Virus record (IMG/VR): IMGVR_UViG_2595698293_000001
Location: 224,001-288,000 of that record
Direction: 5' to 3' (one strand)
Source of the DNA: a virus
Taxonomy: Duplodnaviria; Caudoviricetes
DNA: 64,000 nt
The position numbers were made by a program, and so were the translations under genes. This document shows, one piece after another, positions 8,796 through 18,199 of the stretch; positions within the stretch are counted from its first letter, which is position 1, and each line of letters starts with the position of its first letter. Under the pieces are notes generated by a model. It was not told the DNA's origin. It searched no databases and worked only from the letters and a program-made list of their open reading frames with translations.

Positions 8796-8975
8796 ATGGA
8801 AACTGTAATTGCTACTACCAAAATCAATGGACTGGATAATGAAGTTTCATTGATCCATGACGGTAACGAATATGTTGTGTCATATGGTATCTATAAAACC
8901 TATCATGACGCTATCAATGAAGCTTTTGAGGATTATATGAAAGCAATTGAAATTGCTTATGATGATTATCGTTGA
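8796..8975 (+). CDS. small acidic early protein (59 aa, not in track)
   Basis: promoter plus AAGGAG; METVIATTKING... Confidence 0.75.
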   Translation: METVIATTKINGLDNEVSLIHDGNEYVVSYGIYKTYHDAINEAFEDYMKAIEIAYDDYR

Positions 8976-9058
8976 AAGTACTTGCTTTAATCATTCAGTA
9001 CTGTATAATGTATTACATCAAAGGGAATGAATGATTCATTCCCACATAACCAGGAGTA

Positions 9059-9418
9059 ATGACTATGTTTGATAAAGTTTTATTTTCTGATAACACCTCT
9101 GAAACCGAGATCCCGGAAGCGGTAAAAGCTTTTGCTCAATTAGTTGCCCAGCGTCAAACTGATAATTACGACGGGCCTTATTCTTTTCTTACTGAGATTA
9201 GTAAAGGCAAAAAGTTTATTAAACTTATTCGCCGCGAGAAGTGGAAAGATAACGGACAATTAACAGGCGGATCGGTATTTGCCTTTATTGATCCCGATGG
9301 TAACATTTACAAATCAGCGACAGCTAAAGCACCAGCTAAAGGCATTCGCGGAAATGTTAACATCAACGGCGGCGGTGATGCAATCGGGCGTGATGGTTAT
9401 ATTCGTTACTTTCGTTAA
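9059..9418 (+). CDS. conserved phage protein (GKKFIKL...GNIYKSA..KAPAKG motif)
   Basis: promoter, RBS, motif recalled from many phages. Confidence 0.8.
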   Translation: MTMFDKVLFSDNTSETEIPEAVKAFAQLVAQRQTDNYDGPYSFLTEISKGKKFIKLIRREKWKDNGQLTGGSVFAFIDPDGNIYKSATAKAPAKGIRGNVNINGGGDAIGRDGYIRYFR

Positions 9419-9440
9419 TTGACAAATCTTTACAAATCCA

Positions 9441-9465
9441 GGGGTTGACTTCGGTCGCCCCTTTT
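9441..9465 (+). terminator. terminator overlapping the -35 of an RNA-unit promoter
   Basis: GGGGTTGAC-TTCG-GTCGCCCC-TTTT. Confidence 0.7.
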
Positions 9466-9479
9466 GTTATTATATATTC

Positions 9480-9529
9480 ATACCACAGAGCAAGTGGTTT
9501 AGCCCACAGGGTGCCGAGATGTATCTATA
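9480..9529 (+). ncRNA. short two-hairpin RNA unit
   Basis: TTGACT-17-TATTAT; ACCAC-agagcaa-GTGGT, CCC-aca-GGGTGC-N6-GTATCTATA. Confidence 0.6.
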
Positions 9530-9661
9530 GTTTAATGATTTTAAGTACTGAAAAATAATTATAAAAAGTACTTGCTAGACGTGAATTCTTTTAAGAATTC
9601 ACTTGTATTTGTGATTCAGTACTGCTATTATATATTCATACCAATTAAGGAGATTATCCAA

Positions 9662-9820
9662 ATGAATACACAATATGTGCCGGTGATGAATATCACTATA
9701 GGAAATGGAAAAGGTATGCATCGATTCAGTACTACAAAGAGTTATACTCAGCGTACATTAGAATCATGTGCAATTACTAAATGGCAAATCAAACATTACT
9801 TCACTACGGACAAGAAATAA
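9662..9820 (+). CDS. small early protein
   Basis: start at the ATG after AAGGAG. Confidence 0.65.
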   Translation: MNTQYVPVMNITIGNGKGMHRFSTTKSYTQRTLESCAITKWQIKHYFTTDKK

Positions 9821-9932
9821 TGATTGTAAAAGTATTGACAACGATAATTCAGTACTGTATTATAACTGGTGTAGCGTTCGTGTTAGCAGTTGCTATAGTG
9901 TTTAGTACTGTAATTGTATTGGGGAACATATC

Positions 9933-10238
9933 ATGATTAAAAATATTGAAGCATTCGATAAAGCATATCTTTACACCAGTACTTTTCGGAATAGCGATGG
10001 CGATCCGGTTGAATTTAAAAATGTAGTACTGATCCGGCCTGGTTTTGATATTATTCATATCTGGAATTCATGGAATCAAGCGGCGGGCAATCGCTATACT
10101 ATTGATAAAGAAATTTCAATAGAAGAAGCGTTAAAACTTCCATCATTGCCGGATCGTTTATCCCTGGCTAGTCGTGTGGAACTGGTGGGTGATACCGCAC
10201 AATATATCACGCATGAGTATGAATTTAAGTACTTATAA
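9933..10238 (+). CDS. hypothetical early protein
   Basis: ORF with RBS. Confidence 0.7.
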   Translation: MIKNIEAFDKAYLYTSTFRNSDGDPVEFKNVVLIRPGFDIIHIWNSWNQAAGNRYTIDKEISIEEALKLPSLPDRLSLASRVELVGDTAQYITHEYEFKYL

Positions 10239-10324
10239 GTGTTGACAACATAATTCAGTACTGTATAATGTATTACATCAAAGGGGATACATAGTGTATC
10301 CCTGAATTAACAGGAGTAACCCAT

Positions 10325-10573
10325 ATGTCTAGTATCGTTATCAATGAAACCTTATTATCTGTTACTTATGACAATGACAGTGTTTTTCCGGGTAAAGATT
10401 ATGGGGACGAAATTCCCGTAAAAGTTGAACTCGATCAAAGTGTCGGTAATGCCGACGATATTAAACGCACTATGGTGGTTAAAATTGGCGATATCACTTT
10501 ATTGCCCATTGATATTGATTATATCAAGTTTATGATTGATCGTGCAAATACCATTGCCGAAACCTTCAAATAA
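10325..10573 (+). CDS. hypothetical early protein
   Basis: promoter, leader hairpin, AGGAG. Confidence 0.8.
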   Translation: MSSIVINETLLSVTYDNDSVFPGKDYGDEIPVKVELDQSVGNADDIKRTMVVKIGDITLLPIDIDYIKFMIDRANTIAETFK

Positions 10574-10656
10574 GTACTTGACAACTGGTTTCAGTACTGT
10601 ATAATGTTTATCAAAGGGGATACATAGTGTATCCCTGATTTAAAGGAGATTCTAAA

Positions 10657-10845
10657 ATGGCAGTAGTATACGGTTATATCAGCAACTATGATTTGACTTT
10701 CCGGGAAGTCGGTACTGAATTAGGTGCAAAGAATGCAGCAACGCGAAACGGCTCGACCCGCGTAGGATATCGCAGTAGTATTAATAATATGTATATTGAA
10801 ACGCATATCCGCAACGATAAAAAGGGTAAATGGGAAAAAGTGTAA
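10657..10845 (+). CDS. small early protein
   Basis: promoter, leader hairpin, AAGGAG. Confidence 0.8.
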   Translation: MAVVYGYISNYDLTFREVGTELGAKNAATRNGSTRVGYRSSINNMYIETHIRNDKKGKWEKV

Positions 10846-10855
10846 TCTAATTCCA

Positions 10856-10870
10856 TTTACAAATCTTTAC
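10856..10870 (-). promoter_or_regulatory. CpxR-like box
   Basis: TTTACAAATCTTTAC, 11 bp upstream of TTGATT. Confidence 0.55.
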
Positions 10871-10916
10871 AAAACCAGTACTTGATTTAATTATTGAGTA
10901 CTGGTATTATATATTC

Positions 10917-10962
10917 ATTGGCAGATAAGCCGCAGCCCACAGGGTGCCGAGGTGTATCTATA
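10917..10962 (+). ncRNA. short two-hairpin RNA unit
   Basis: TTGATT-17-TATTAT; GGC-agataa-GCC, CCC-aca-GGGTGC-N6-GTATCTATA. Confidence 0.6.
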
Positions 10963-11055
10963 GTTTATTGAATTGAAGTACAGAAAAATATTTCTTGCAT
11001 AATTCATTTCTTATGTTATAATAGTAATCACATAAATTAATTGGAGTGAACAAAA

Positions 11056-11169
11056 ATGTTATTAGATTGGCTCAATACTTTATCCCCTGCTGCTGGCCGA
11101 CGCTGGGCTATCGGTTCGTCGGTTGCCATCGTTGTAGGCGTCATTGTACTTTTAGTGATGATTTTCTAA
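11056..11169 (+). CDS. small membrane protein (37 aa, not in track)
   Basis: GGAG RBS; hydrophobic C-terminus VAIVVGVIVLLVMIF. Confidence 0.6.
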   Translation: MLLDWLNTLSPAAGRRWAIGSSVAIVVGVIVLLVMIF

Positions 11170-11235
11170 AAAGTACTTGCTTTAATGATCCAGTACTGTA
11201 TAATGTACTTATACCAAATAACAGGAGTAAAACCG

Positions 11236-11553
11236 ATGAAAGATGTAACTTTACCAGTAGTTCAAACTAACTTTGAAAACCAATTCCTGGCCGAAGTATT
11301 CAAGATTGATAATGGCGTTGTATCAATCAATTACGGTTTCAATAGCGGCGGTTATGAAAAATTCATTTATTTCGTTACTGCCGATGGTGGATGCCTGGCA
11401 ATTGATACGGTACTGAATGAATTCAGTAAAGTAGATTTTAATGATGATAATGATCCTCAGTGGTATATTGTCGGCTATGACGTGAACTATGAAGATGAAG
11501 ATCTTTATGATGATCATACTAATCAAAAAATTGAATCCGCTTATGGGGAATAA
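11236..11553 (+). CDS. acidic conserved phage protein (GGY...DGG...VNYED...IESAY)
   Basis: promoter plus AGGAG, start corrected. Confidence 0.8.
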   Translation: MKDVTLPVVQTNFENQFLAEVFKIDNGVVSINYGFNSGGYEKFIYFVTADGGCLAIDTVLNEFSKVDFNDDNDPQWYIVGYDVNYEDEDLYDDHTNQKIESAYGE

Positions 11554-11716
11554 AAATGATCATCGTACTATCAGAGAAAGAAAAGAAATTAATTCTTTCA
11601 GTACTGAAAGAATATCCCAGAAATATGCGGGAGCCGTTTGAAACAAATGGTGAATTCGAAGAGCATTTAAACGATATCGATTTATTGATATCCAAGATTG
11701 AATCACAATAGTGATG

Positions 11717-11762
11717 TACTGTAAAACGTCCTGTAATCGATTATGGGACGTTTTAAGGAATA
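11717..11762. repeat. palindromic repeat, copy 2
   Basis: near-identical to 4276-4321. Confidence 0.8.
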
Positions 11763-11853
11763 GCACTATGATTTATTCAGTACTGTAAAAAAACGCTTGA
11801 AAATTGATTCCAGTACTGTATAGCTGCATTACTGTTTAATGTGGGGTATTAAA

Positions 11854-12069
11854 ATGAAATATGTTATGGTAGATGAAATTACTAGCACGAAACCCAGTGA
11901 TGATTATAACAAATGGCTTGCCCGTAGCAATAAATGTATTATTCCGCACGATGACCGCGTATATCATTGTTATGAATGCGGGGAGATTATACCAAATGTA
12001 CTGGATCATTCAATCTTTACATATGATGATCTTAATTACGCTCATTCAAGATGCCTTGATAAAAAATAG
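11854..12069 (+). CDS. small Zn-finger-like protein
   Basis: CYECG...HSRC. Confidence 0.65.
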   Translation: MKYVMVDEITSTKPSDDYNKWLARSNKCIIPHDDRVYHCYECGEIIPNVLDHSIFTYDDLNYAHSRCLDKK

Positions 12070-12144
12070 TTGACAGTATCATATCAGTACTGTATAATGC
12101 TTTACATAGGAAAATTATTCTCCCCATTATCAGGAGTAAAGAAT

Positions 12145-12372
12145 ATGTTTTACATCGGTACTGTTAAAAAAAATTCAAATGTAATTGAAGCATCATTGAT
12201 TTGTACTAACAATGAAGTGGCTGGCTATGATTATGCTCAAGAACGATTCATGAAACACTATACCGGTGATGATTCAGTGTCATTCGATTTTGAACGTATC
12301 GGTGATGGTGTTACAATTATGAAATTTGAAGATCTCCCTGAAATCGATTTTGATTTTGTCGTTACACTGTAA
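12145..12372 (+). CDS. acidic early protein
   Basis: promoter plus AGGAG, start corrected. Confidence 0.75.
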   Translation: MFYIGTVKKNSNVIEASLICTNNEVAGYDYAQERFMKHYTGDDSVSFDFERIGDGVTIMKFEDLPEIDFDFVVTL

Positions 12373-12471
12373 AAAAAGTACTTGCATAATTCTTTCAGTA
12401 CTGTATACTGTACTTATACCAAACAAAAGCAAATGGAATCAGTACTGATTCCCTGTAAAGGAGATAGACCA

Positions 12472-12723
12472 ATGTCAGATCGTATCACTCGCAAAATGGT
12501 AGCAGATAAAGTTGCTGGGCTGAATCTTGCTATTGACCGTCGTGGATTGCCTGAAAAATATCAGGTAGTACTGGAAGATGGCAAATTCAATATTGAATTA
12601 CAGCCGTCTCATGTTTATACTAAACCAACGACAGTACAAGGGAATTTAAGTACACGTGAAGCATATCTTTACCTCAAAGGTATGTTTGAGATCCTTCTCA
12701 ATAATGTACCATATAAAGATTAA
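12472..12723 (+). CDS. hypothetical early protein
   Basis: leader hairpin plus AAGGAG, start corrected. Confidence 0.75.
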   Translation: MSDRITRKMVADKVAGLNLAIDRRGLPEKYQVVLEDGKFNIELQPSHVYTKPTTVQGNLSTREAYLYLKGMFEILLNNVPYKD

Positions 12724-12725
12724 AG

Positions 12726-12756
12726 AAAAAGGGGAGACAATGAGTCTCCCTTTTTT
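12726..12756. terminator. bidirectional intrinsic terminator
   Basis: AAAAAGGGGAGAC...GTCTCCCTTTTTT. Confidence 0.8.
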
Positions 12757-12774
12757 GTATTCAGTACTAAATTA

Positions 12775-12823
12775 TATAGATACATTTATGCACCCTGTGG
12801 GTTAGTAGCTTGTTCTGCTTTAT
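12775..12823 (-). ncRNA. short two-hairpin RNA unit
   Basis: minus-strand promoter TTGACA-17-TATAAT; AGC-agaacaa-GCT, CCC-aca-GGGTGC-N6-GTATCTATA. Confidence 0.6.
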
Positions 12824-12949
12824 GTAGTAATTATATGATAAAGCTGGTGGCTTGTCAACACTTATTTTAAAATAAAAAGTACTGAATAGTACTTGCAAAA
12901 AGTATTCAGTACTGTATAATGTTTGTATTGAGATTAAGGAGTTCTTACT

Positions 12950-13507
12950 ATGTTAATCAAAATGTATCACGGTTCTAATAATTTTGATCATCGCTGGGGA
13001 TATCTGGGTGGAAAACCTGGCAATTTTCATATGGGTTTTGGACTATATCTAACTAACTCTTATCGCTGGGCTGATAATTATGGGCGACGTCATTATGAGT
13101 TAGATTTAGATATTTGTAGTACTGGTGCCGCACATAATGTATGGATTCCTACTAAACACTTTATGGAATTCATAAGAGTATATTGTACTAAAAAGTTTTA
13201 TACAATGTGCTGTAAAGAATTTAAAGACCGTGAATCTTTGAATGTAGAACGCGTTGAATTGCTTATTATCAATATGGAAAGGCACGTTACGAAAATCGCT
13301 AAACCATTTGCTGAATTCGTCGCTGCCTGGGGTTGTACGCATAGCATTGAAATATCCGGTAACTATGGTGGTGTTTGCGTGCGGCTTTATGATTTCAGTA
13401 TTATAAAGAATTGTATCATAAGCCAGGAAACGCAGGATTTTTATTATCCAGATGAATTGACAAGATATCCTCAAAAAACTTGTATTAATGATTCAGTACT
13501 GATATAA
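12950..13507 (+). CDS. ADP-ribosyltransferase-fold protein (putative)
   Basis: YHGS...GFGLYLT...A..YG motif typical of H-Y-type ART/PARP-like domains. Confidence 0.6.
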   Translation: MLIKMYHGSNNFDHRWGYLGGKPGNFHMGFGLYLTNSYRWADNYGRRHYELDLDICSTGAAHNVWIPTKHFMEFIRVYCTKKFYTMCCKEFKDRESLNVERVELLIINMERHVTKIAKPFAEFVAAWGCTHSIEISGNYGGVCVRLYDFSIIKNCIISQETQDFYYPDELTRYPQKTCINDSVLI

Positions 13508-13539
13508 TGAATTAAATTAATCAGGAGGAATTATCTTAA

Positions 13540-13668
13540 ATGAATAACCGTCAATTGATGATCGATGCATCTCGTTTTCGTTCAAAAGAAGAAAAGAGAA
13601 GTTGCATTAAATGGGTTTTGTCAACTTTCATTATTGGATTACTTATTGTTGCTTTTGTTTATAGTTAG
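13540..13668 (+). CDS. small membrane protein (42 aa, not in track)
   Basis: promoter, AGGAGG RBS, C-terminal TM segment. Confidence 0.6.
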   Translation: MNNRQLMIDASRFRSKEEKRSCIKWVLSTFIIGLLIVAFVYS

Positions 13669-13752
13669 TACTTGACAATATAATCCAGTACTGTATAATG
13701 TTTATCAAAGGGAATGAATTATTCATTCCCGATTAATCAAAGGAGTTTTGCC

Positions 13753-13977
13753 ATGATCTATATTATCAAAGTATCCCCGACCGTAGGTAAATCAGAAGTT
13801 GTAGCTGTTATCACTTCCCTGGAAGCGAAAGATCTTCATACCCCGTTTAATGTATGGGTGGAGGATAATTTCGGACAATTCAGTACTGCTGAATATATCG
13901 AACAATTCGCTGTCCCGGACACTGGTAAAATCAAAGTGGATCGTGTCCTGGATTTTGATAACAGTAATTACTTTTAA
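13753..13977 (+). CDS. hypothetical early protein
   Basis: promoter, leader hairpin, AAGGAG. Confidence 0.75.
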   Translation: MIYIIKVSPTVGKSEVVAVITSLEAKDLHTPFNVWVEDNFGQFSTAEYIEQFAVPDTGKIKVDRVLDFDNSNYF

Positions 13978-14063
13978 AAACGTTTGACAACTGATTTCAG
14001 TACTGTATAATGTTTATCAAAGGGAATGAATTATTCATTCCCGATTAATCAAAGGGGTTTATC

Positions 14064-14210
14064 ATGAAAGAGTATATCTTTGAAGTAACTTTCACATTTG
14101 GCCCGCACCAACTGATCCGGTCTTCTGGCTACAACCGCGAACAAGCATTCAGCAACCTTCGCCGTATGTACCCCAATGTCGTGACCTGGGTCAAGTGTGA
14201 AGAAGCTTAA
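14064..14210 (+). CDS. small early protein (48 aa, not in track)
   Basis: promoter/leader cassette duplicated from 13.7 kb; MKEYIFEVTFTFG... Confidence 0.7.
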   Translation: MKEYIFEVTFTFGPHQLIRSSGYNREQAFSNLRRMYPNVVTWVKCEEA

Positions 14211-14290
14211 AATAATTAGTCAGTACTATTGACAACGGGTGATAGTACTGCTATAATTATTTTAACTTATACGGAATGGAGTTAAAACAA

Positions 14291-14527
14291 ATGTTCAGTG
14301 TCAGCAAACAAGGCGACAAATTTCTGGTTCAATACCATCATTTTGATCTGGTATACACTCAGCCAGATTGTGTATTCAGTACTCAGGAAGGTGCCGAAAA
14401 GCACAAAAAAGCCTTGATCGAAAATAGCAACAGTGGTACATTAGATTTCATCCAACAGTACTGGAATGAATCTAAGCTGGTGGACGGTTATTCCAACACA
14501 GTTTATTATGTAGGTATCACTGATTAA
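14291..14527 (+). CDS. hypothetical early protein
   Basis: GGAG RBS. Confidence 0.75.
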   Translation: MFSVSKQGDKFLVQYHHFDLVYTQPDCVFSTQEGAEKHKKALIENSNSGTLDFIQQYWNESKLVDGYSNTVYYVGITD

Positions 14528-14629
14528 TCGGGAGTACTGTTAATGTATATGCCAATTATCATACCGTTAGCAGTACTGTTAATCGCCGCCGTTATCTGCG
14601 AACAATATCATTTGTTAGGAATGTAAACT

Positions 14630-14800
14630 ATGATTCAATGTGAATTGTCAGTACTGATCACGCTGTTCTATATGTTGGGGCAAAAGAAACAAGATATTTC
14701 TGGTGATAATGCATTATTGTATCAATCATTAGACCAATGGCAACGATCTGAATTAAGCAATGCATGGGCGAAAGGTTACAACGATAGTACTGCAAAATAA
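14630..14800 (+). CDS. small early protein (not in track)
   Basis: AGGA RBS; ends ...SNAWAKGYNDSTAK. Confidence 0.55.
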   Translation: MIQCELSVLITLFYMLGQKKQDISGDNALLYQSLDQWQRSELSNAWAKGYNDSTAK

Positions 14801-14806
14801 TTTAAA

Positions 14807-14834
14807 AAAGGGGTTGACTTACGCCAGCCCTTTT
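14807..14834 (+). terminator. terminator overlapping an RNA-unit promoter
   Basis: AAAGGGGTTG...CAGCCCTTTT. Confidence 0.6.
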
Positions 14835-14848
14835 GTTATCATTAGTAC

Positions 14849-14896
14849 ATAGCAAGAACAATGCTCAAGCCCACAGGGTGCGGAGGTGTATCTATA
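14849..14896 (+). ncRNA. short two-hairpin RNA unit
   Basis: TTGACT-17-TATCAT; AGCA-agaacaa-TGCT, CCC-aca-GGGTGC-N6-GTATCTATA. Confidence 0.6.
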
Positions 14897-14987
14897 GTTT
14901 ATGTTGGTCTGAATCATTAATTTTCTTGACAATTGGTTTAGTACTGGATATAATAGCCGCCATTGAATACAGGAGGATTTTAAAAAA

Positions 14988-15254
14988 ATGGCCTATCATA
15001 CACCACATAGACATTTCATTGATAAACGCGGTATGGCTTTTAAAGCAATGAGTGACAATCGTAACACACAAATGTACTTTAAAGATATGACGTTAGAAGA
15101 AGCTATTGAAGCTGTAAGGAATGATCGTAAGCTTTCCAAGAAAGTTGCATCAGTACTTAATGCTTTTTGGTTTGAACGTACTACCAACAAAGAATACAAA
15201 GAAAAGATGATTGCACTTGGTAAAGTAGTAAGAGAAGAAAAATTATATCTTTAA
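14988..15254 (+). CDS. hypothetical early protein
   Basis: promoter plus AGGAGG. Confidence 0.8.
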   Translation: MAYHTPHRHFIDKRGMAFKAMSDNRNTQMYFKDMTLEEAIEAVRNDRKLSKKVASVLNAFWFERTTNKEYKEKMIALGKVVREEKLYL

Positions 15255-15317
15255 GTACTTGACTATGTGATTCAGTACTGCTATTATATATTCATACCAA
15301 TTAAGGAGATAGACCAA

Positions 15318-15425
15318 ATGAAACAAGCTAAATTTAATTCAGAAATTAAAGCAGCAAAAGCACACAAAGTACAGTTAGTAGTACTGGTTATTGTATCAAT
15401 CTTTTTGCTGTGCAACATCGGCTAA
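15318..15425 (+). CDS. small membrane protein (35 aa, not in track)
   Basis: promoter plus AAGGAG; TM segment. Confidence 0.6.
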   Translation: MKQAKFNSEIKAAKAHKVQLVVLVIVSIFLLCNIG

Positions 15426-15505
15426 AATAATTATTACAGTACTATTGACAACCAACGATAGTACTGGTATAATTACTTTACCAAATAAAAAAGGAGTAAC
15501 CAAAA

Positions 15506-15781
15506 ATGCGGATTAAACTTACCAGTGATGAGATTCATTCAGTACTGACTACCAATATGCAGGACTGGAAAAAGTACGCTGATATCGAAGAAGTCCAGGA
15601 ACTCAATGATGATTTGAGTGTAGATGAAATTATCACTATTTGCTCATCTCAATTCTTTGATGATATCAATGATGAAGAGCAAGATGTATTTGATATCATG
15701 GAAAAACATTTTATTGCGTATGATGTTTTCCCGTATACTCGCCAGGCTTATATTCTTATTCACAACATTTATAACAAATAA
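15506..15781 (+). CDS. acidic early protein
   Basis: promoter plus AAGGAG. Confidence 0.8.
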   Translation: MRIKLTSDEIHSVLTTNMQDWKKYADIEEVQELNDDLSVDEIITICSSQFFDDINDEEQDVFDIMEKHFIAYDVFPYTRQAYILIHNIYNK

Positions 15782-15793
15782 GGAATAATAATC

Positions 15794-16159
15794 ATGGAAA
15801 AAGAATTTAAAATCAAATACAATATCAGTACCGATGGCGGTTTTGAAGTACCAGAAGAAGATCAAGAACGTCTTAATGATGTTATTATGATTGACATTTC
15901 AAATAAAATCATTCAAGGCTACCGCGAAGGTGAATTGTGTGAATCGTTGATGGATCAATTCGATGAAGTGGAAACGTTTTATCGTGGCTGGTGGAGTATC
16001 GAAGAAGTTCACAAAGTACACGAATACCGTGTATTCTGGATTAATGGCGTTAATGATATCGAAGATATCATTGTAAAAGAAAGTAGTGAATCCGCCGCCA
16101 TTCAGTACTTTAAAGATCACTACCCCAACAAACGTTATCACCATTTAGAAAAAATTTAA
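15794..16159 (+). CDS. acidic early protein
   Basis: AAGGA RBS. Confidence 0.8.
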   Translation: MEKEFKIKYNISTDGGFEVPEEDQERLNDVIMIDISNKIIQGYREGELCESLMDQFDEVETFYRGWWSIEEVHKVHEYRVFWINGVNDIEDIIVKESSESAAIQYFKDHYPNKRYHHLEKI

Positions 16160-16246
16160 AAAGTAATTGACAACATAATCCAGTACTGATATATTAATAC
16201 GCATAGGGGCAAACAACTTGCCCCACTAAACAAAAGGAACTACCAA

Positions 16247-16603
16247 ATGATTACTAAATTCTACGCTACTCGTGAACAGGCTCGGATCGTCGCTCGTGAA
16301 GAAGGCGAAACCTTCAAAGATATGGGTAAAGATTCCCCTGCTGGTCAACGCTGGGCAGTACTGTTCCGCGAGGTCAAAGACCTGGTAGAAAACGCTAAAG
16401 CCGTTGAAATGAACGTTCCCACCAAAGAAGATAAAGAACTGACTGATGCCCTCGCTGCTGCATTCTCCGCGATGGATAAAGCCGCAGCGGTAGTACTGAA
16501 AGTACCGGAATTTGTTACCAGAAAAGTGCATTCAGTACTACAAAATAAATTCAACGGTAAACAGGTTCAAGTGTTTACTAAACGTAAAATTCCGGTCATG
16601 TAA
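16247..16603 (+). CDS. hypothetical early protein
   Basis: promoter, leader hairpin, highly expressed codon usage. Confidence 0.8.
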   Translation: MITKFYATREQARIVAREEGETFKDMGKDSPAGQRWAVLFREVKDLVENAKAVEMNVPTKEDKELTDALAAAFSAMDKAAAVVLKVPEFVTRKVHSVLQNKFNGKQVQVFTKRKIPVM

Positions 16604-16707
16604 AATCTGACTATTACAGTACTAACAAAGGGGCTTCAATGCCCCTTTAAACGTCCTGTAAGCCATTCTAAGAGGTTTTACATGAAAAGGTACAACTACA
16701 CAAAGGA

Positions 16708-16929
16708 GTGATGAAAGTTCATTATAATGCCCCGCAACGCATTATAGATAGAGCCATTGAACTAGCCAATCAATACCTAGCTGGTGGATTAACTCCCAGG
16801 AAGTTAAGCAACGGGAAGTTATATGTAATCAACGTTGATACTAATAATCGTATAGTAATCAAAGGTGAAAGCATATCACTGTATGAACATCAGCAGTATA
16901 ACAAGAAAGTAAAAAATATTAGTAGATAA
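16708..16929 (+). CDS. ParE/RelE-like small basic protein (putative)
   Basis: PRKL...YVINV..NNRIV...LYEHQQYN pattern resembles phage ParE-like domains. Confidence 0.45.
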   Translation: MMKVHYNAPQRIIDRAIELANQYLAGGLTPRKLSNGKLYVINVDTNNRIVIKGESISLYEHQQYNKKVKNISR

Positions 16930-17008
16930 GTGTTGACAACTGATTTCAGTACTGCCATAATGTATACATACAAGGCAATACCGCCTAATAACATAGGAGT
17001 AACTGAAA

Positions 17009-17431
17009 ATGAAAAAATCCACTAAAATTATCTTAGGTGTATTTGTTGTTCCGGCAGTAGCCTTTTTTACTTGTGCTATGATTTTTGGTGATGCTTCTCG
17101 GGTTGCCGCAAAAATCGAAAAAGAAAAACAAGTCCAGGTGGAAGTCAAGAAAGAAGAAAAGAAAAATTATAACACTGTATGGGAAGCAATTTGCCATACC
17201 AGTAATGGTAAAAGGATCTCCATCCTTACAGCGATGAATAATGGAAAATCAATCGTCGGAAACGAATATATGGAAGTTACTTCCAGTACTGGTAAAGAAT
17301 TTGTAATGACGAACTATAATAACAATAACGTTGCAATTGTTACACAAGATTTTAAAGGTAATGCAGTACTTGAATATCATACGGAATATGAAGTAATATT
17401 TGCAAAATGCACATTTGAATGGGGTGCATAA
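17009..17431 (+). CDS. membrane-anchored or exported protein
   Basis: MKK followed by an N-terminal hydrophobic helix. Confidence 0.75.
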   Translation: MKKSTKIILGVFVVPAVAFFTCAMIFGDASRVAAKIEKEKQVQVEVKKEEKKNYNTVWEAICHTSNGKRISILTAMNNGKSIVGNEYMEVTSSTGKEFVMTNYNNNNVAIVTQDFKGNAVLEYHTEYEVIFAKCTFEWGA

Positions 17432-17450
17432 AAATAAACATAATAAACAA

Positions 17451-17480
17451 AAAAGGGGGTTGACACAGGTCAGCCCTTTT
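17451..17480 (+). terminator. terminator overlapping an RNA-unit promoter
   Basis: GGGTTGAC-acag-GTCAGCCC-TTTT. Confidence 0.7.
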
Positions 17481-17494
17481 GCTATTATTAATAT

Positions 17495-17537
17495 CAAGAA
17501 AACAAGCTAACCCACAGGGTGCATAAATGTATCTATA
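17495..17537 (+). ncRNA. short RNA unit (first stem degenerate)
   Basis: TTGACA-17-TATTAT; CCC-aca-GGGTGC-N6-GTATCTATA. Confidence 0.55.
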
Positions 17538-17614
17538 ATTTATTAAAGAATTTTAGTACTTGACAACGTAGTACAGCAGTACTAAAATATCTACATACAA
17601 AGGAGATTACCAAA

Positions 17615-18199
17615 ATGAACAAACATCTTAAAGTACTGAATAAATGTAAATCCAATACCGAAATGTTACTGTACTGTTACAAAAATTTAATTAAACTCGG
17701 GAGAGGTTCATCCAGAACAGTATTTTTGTTAACAAAAAACAAAGTACTGAAAGTTGCTCATAACCATATTGGCAACCAACAGAATACAGCAGAAATCACT
17801 GCATGGTTGTATATTGATTATGACCGCTATTATAATAAACGCTTTTTCGCTAAAGTGTTCCCTGATATGTCGCATTTTAAAGATGTATACATAGTACAGG
17901 AGTACTGCGACAATATCAGTACTAAAGAAGCGAAGCCATACATTGAACATTACTTGACACCTAGCACTATTGAAAATGAGCGTGCTAAACGCTTCCACAC
18001 GGCGTTAAGAGATGTAGACAATACCCTTAACTATAAAACGCTGGTGGACTTAAACGTGGGCAATATAGGCCGTTCTGTAAGGGGTGCAATAAAACTCCGT
18101 GATTATGGATTATCTGAACATATTGCTAAACAGTATAGAGAAGCCCGCGACCAGTACCACCAACTCAAAAGTATTAGTAACATAAGTATTGATTTATAA
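17615..18199 (+). CDS. Ser/Thr protein kinase-like protein
   Basis: GRGSSR Gly loop, VLK, alphaC Glu, DLNVGN catalytic loop, DYG. Confidence 0.8.
   Translation: MNKHLKVLNKCKSNTEMLLYCYKNLIKLGRGSSRTVFLLTKNKVLKVAHNHIGNQQNTAEITAWLYIDYDRYYNKRFFAKVFPDMSHFKDVYIVQEYCDNISTKEAKPYIEHYLTPSTIENERAKRFHTALRDVDNTLNYKTLVDLNVGNIGRSVRGAIKLRDYGLSEHIAKQYREARDQYHQLKSISNISIDL

Noticed and set aside
4200-11766. Two minus-strand ORFs sharing FLKTSHNRLQDVLQYI
   Set aside because: The identity comes from the 46-bp palindromic DNA repeat, not from a protein family.
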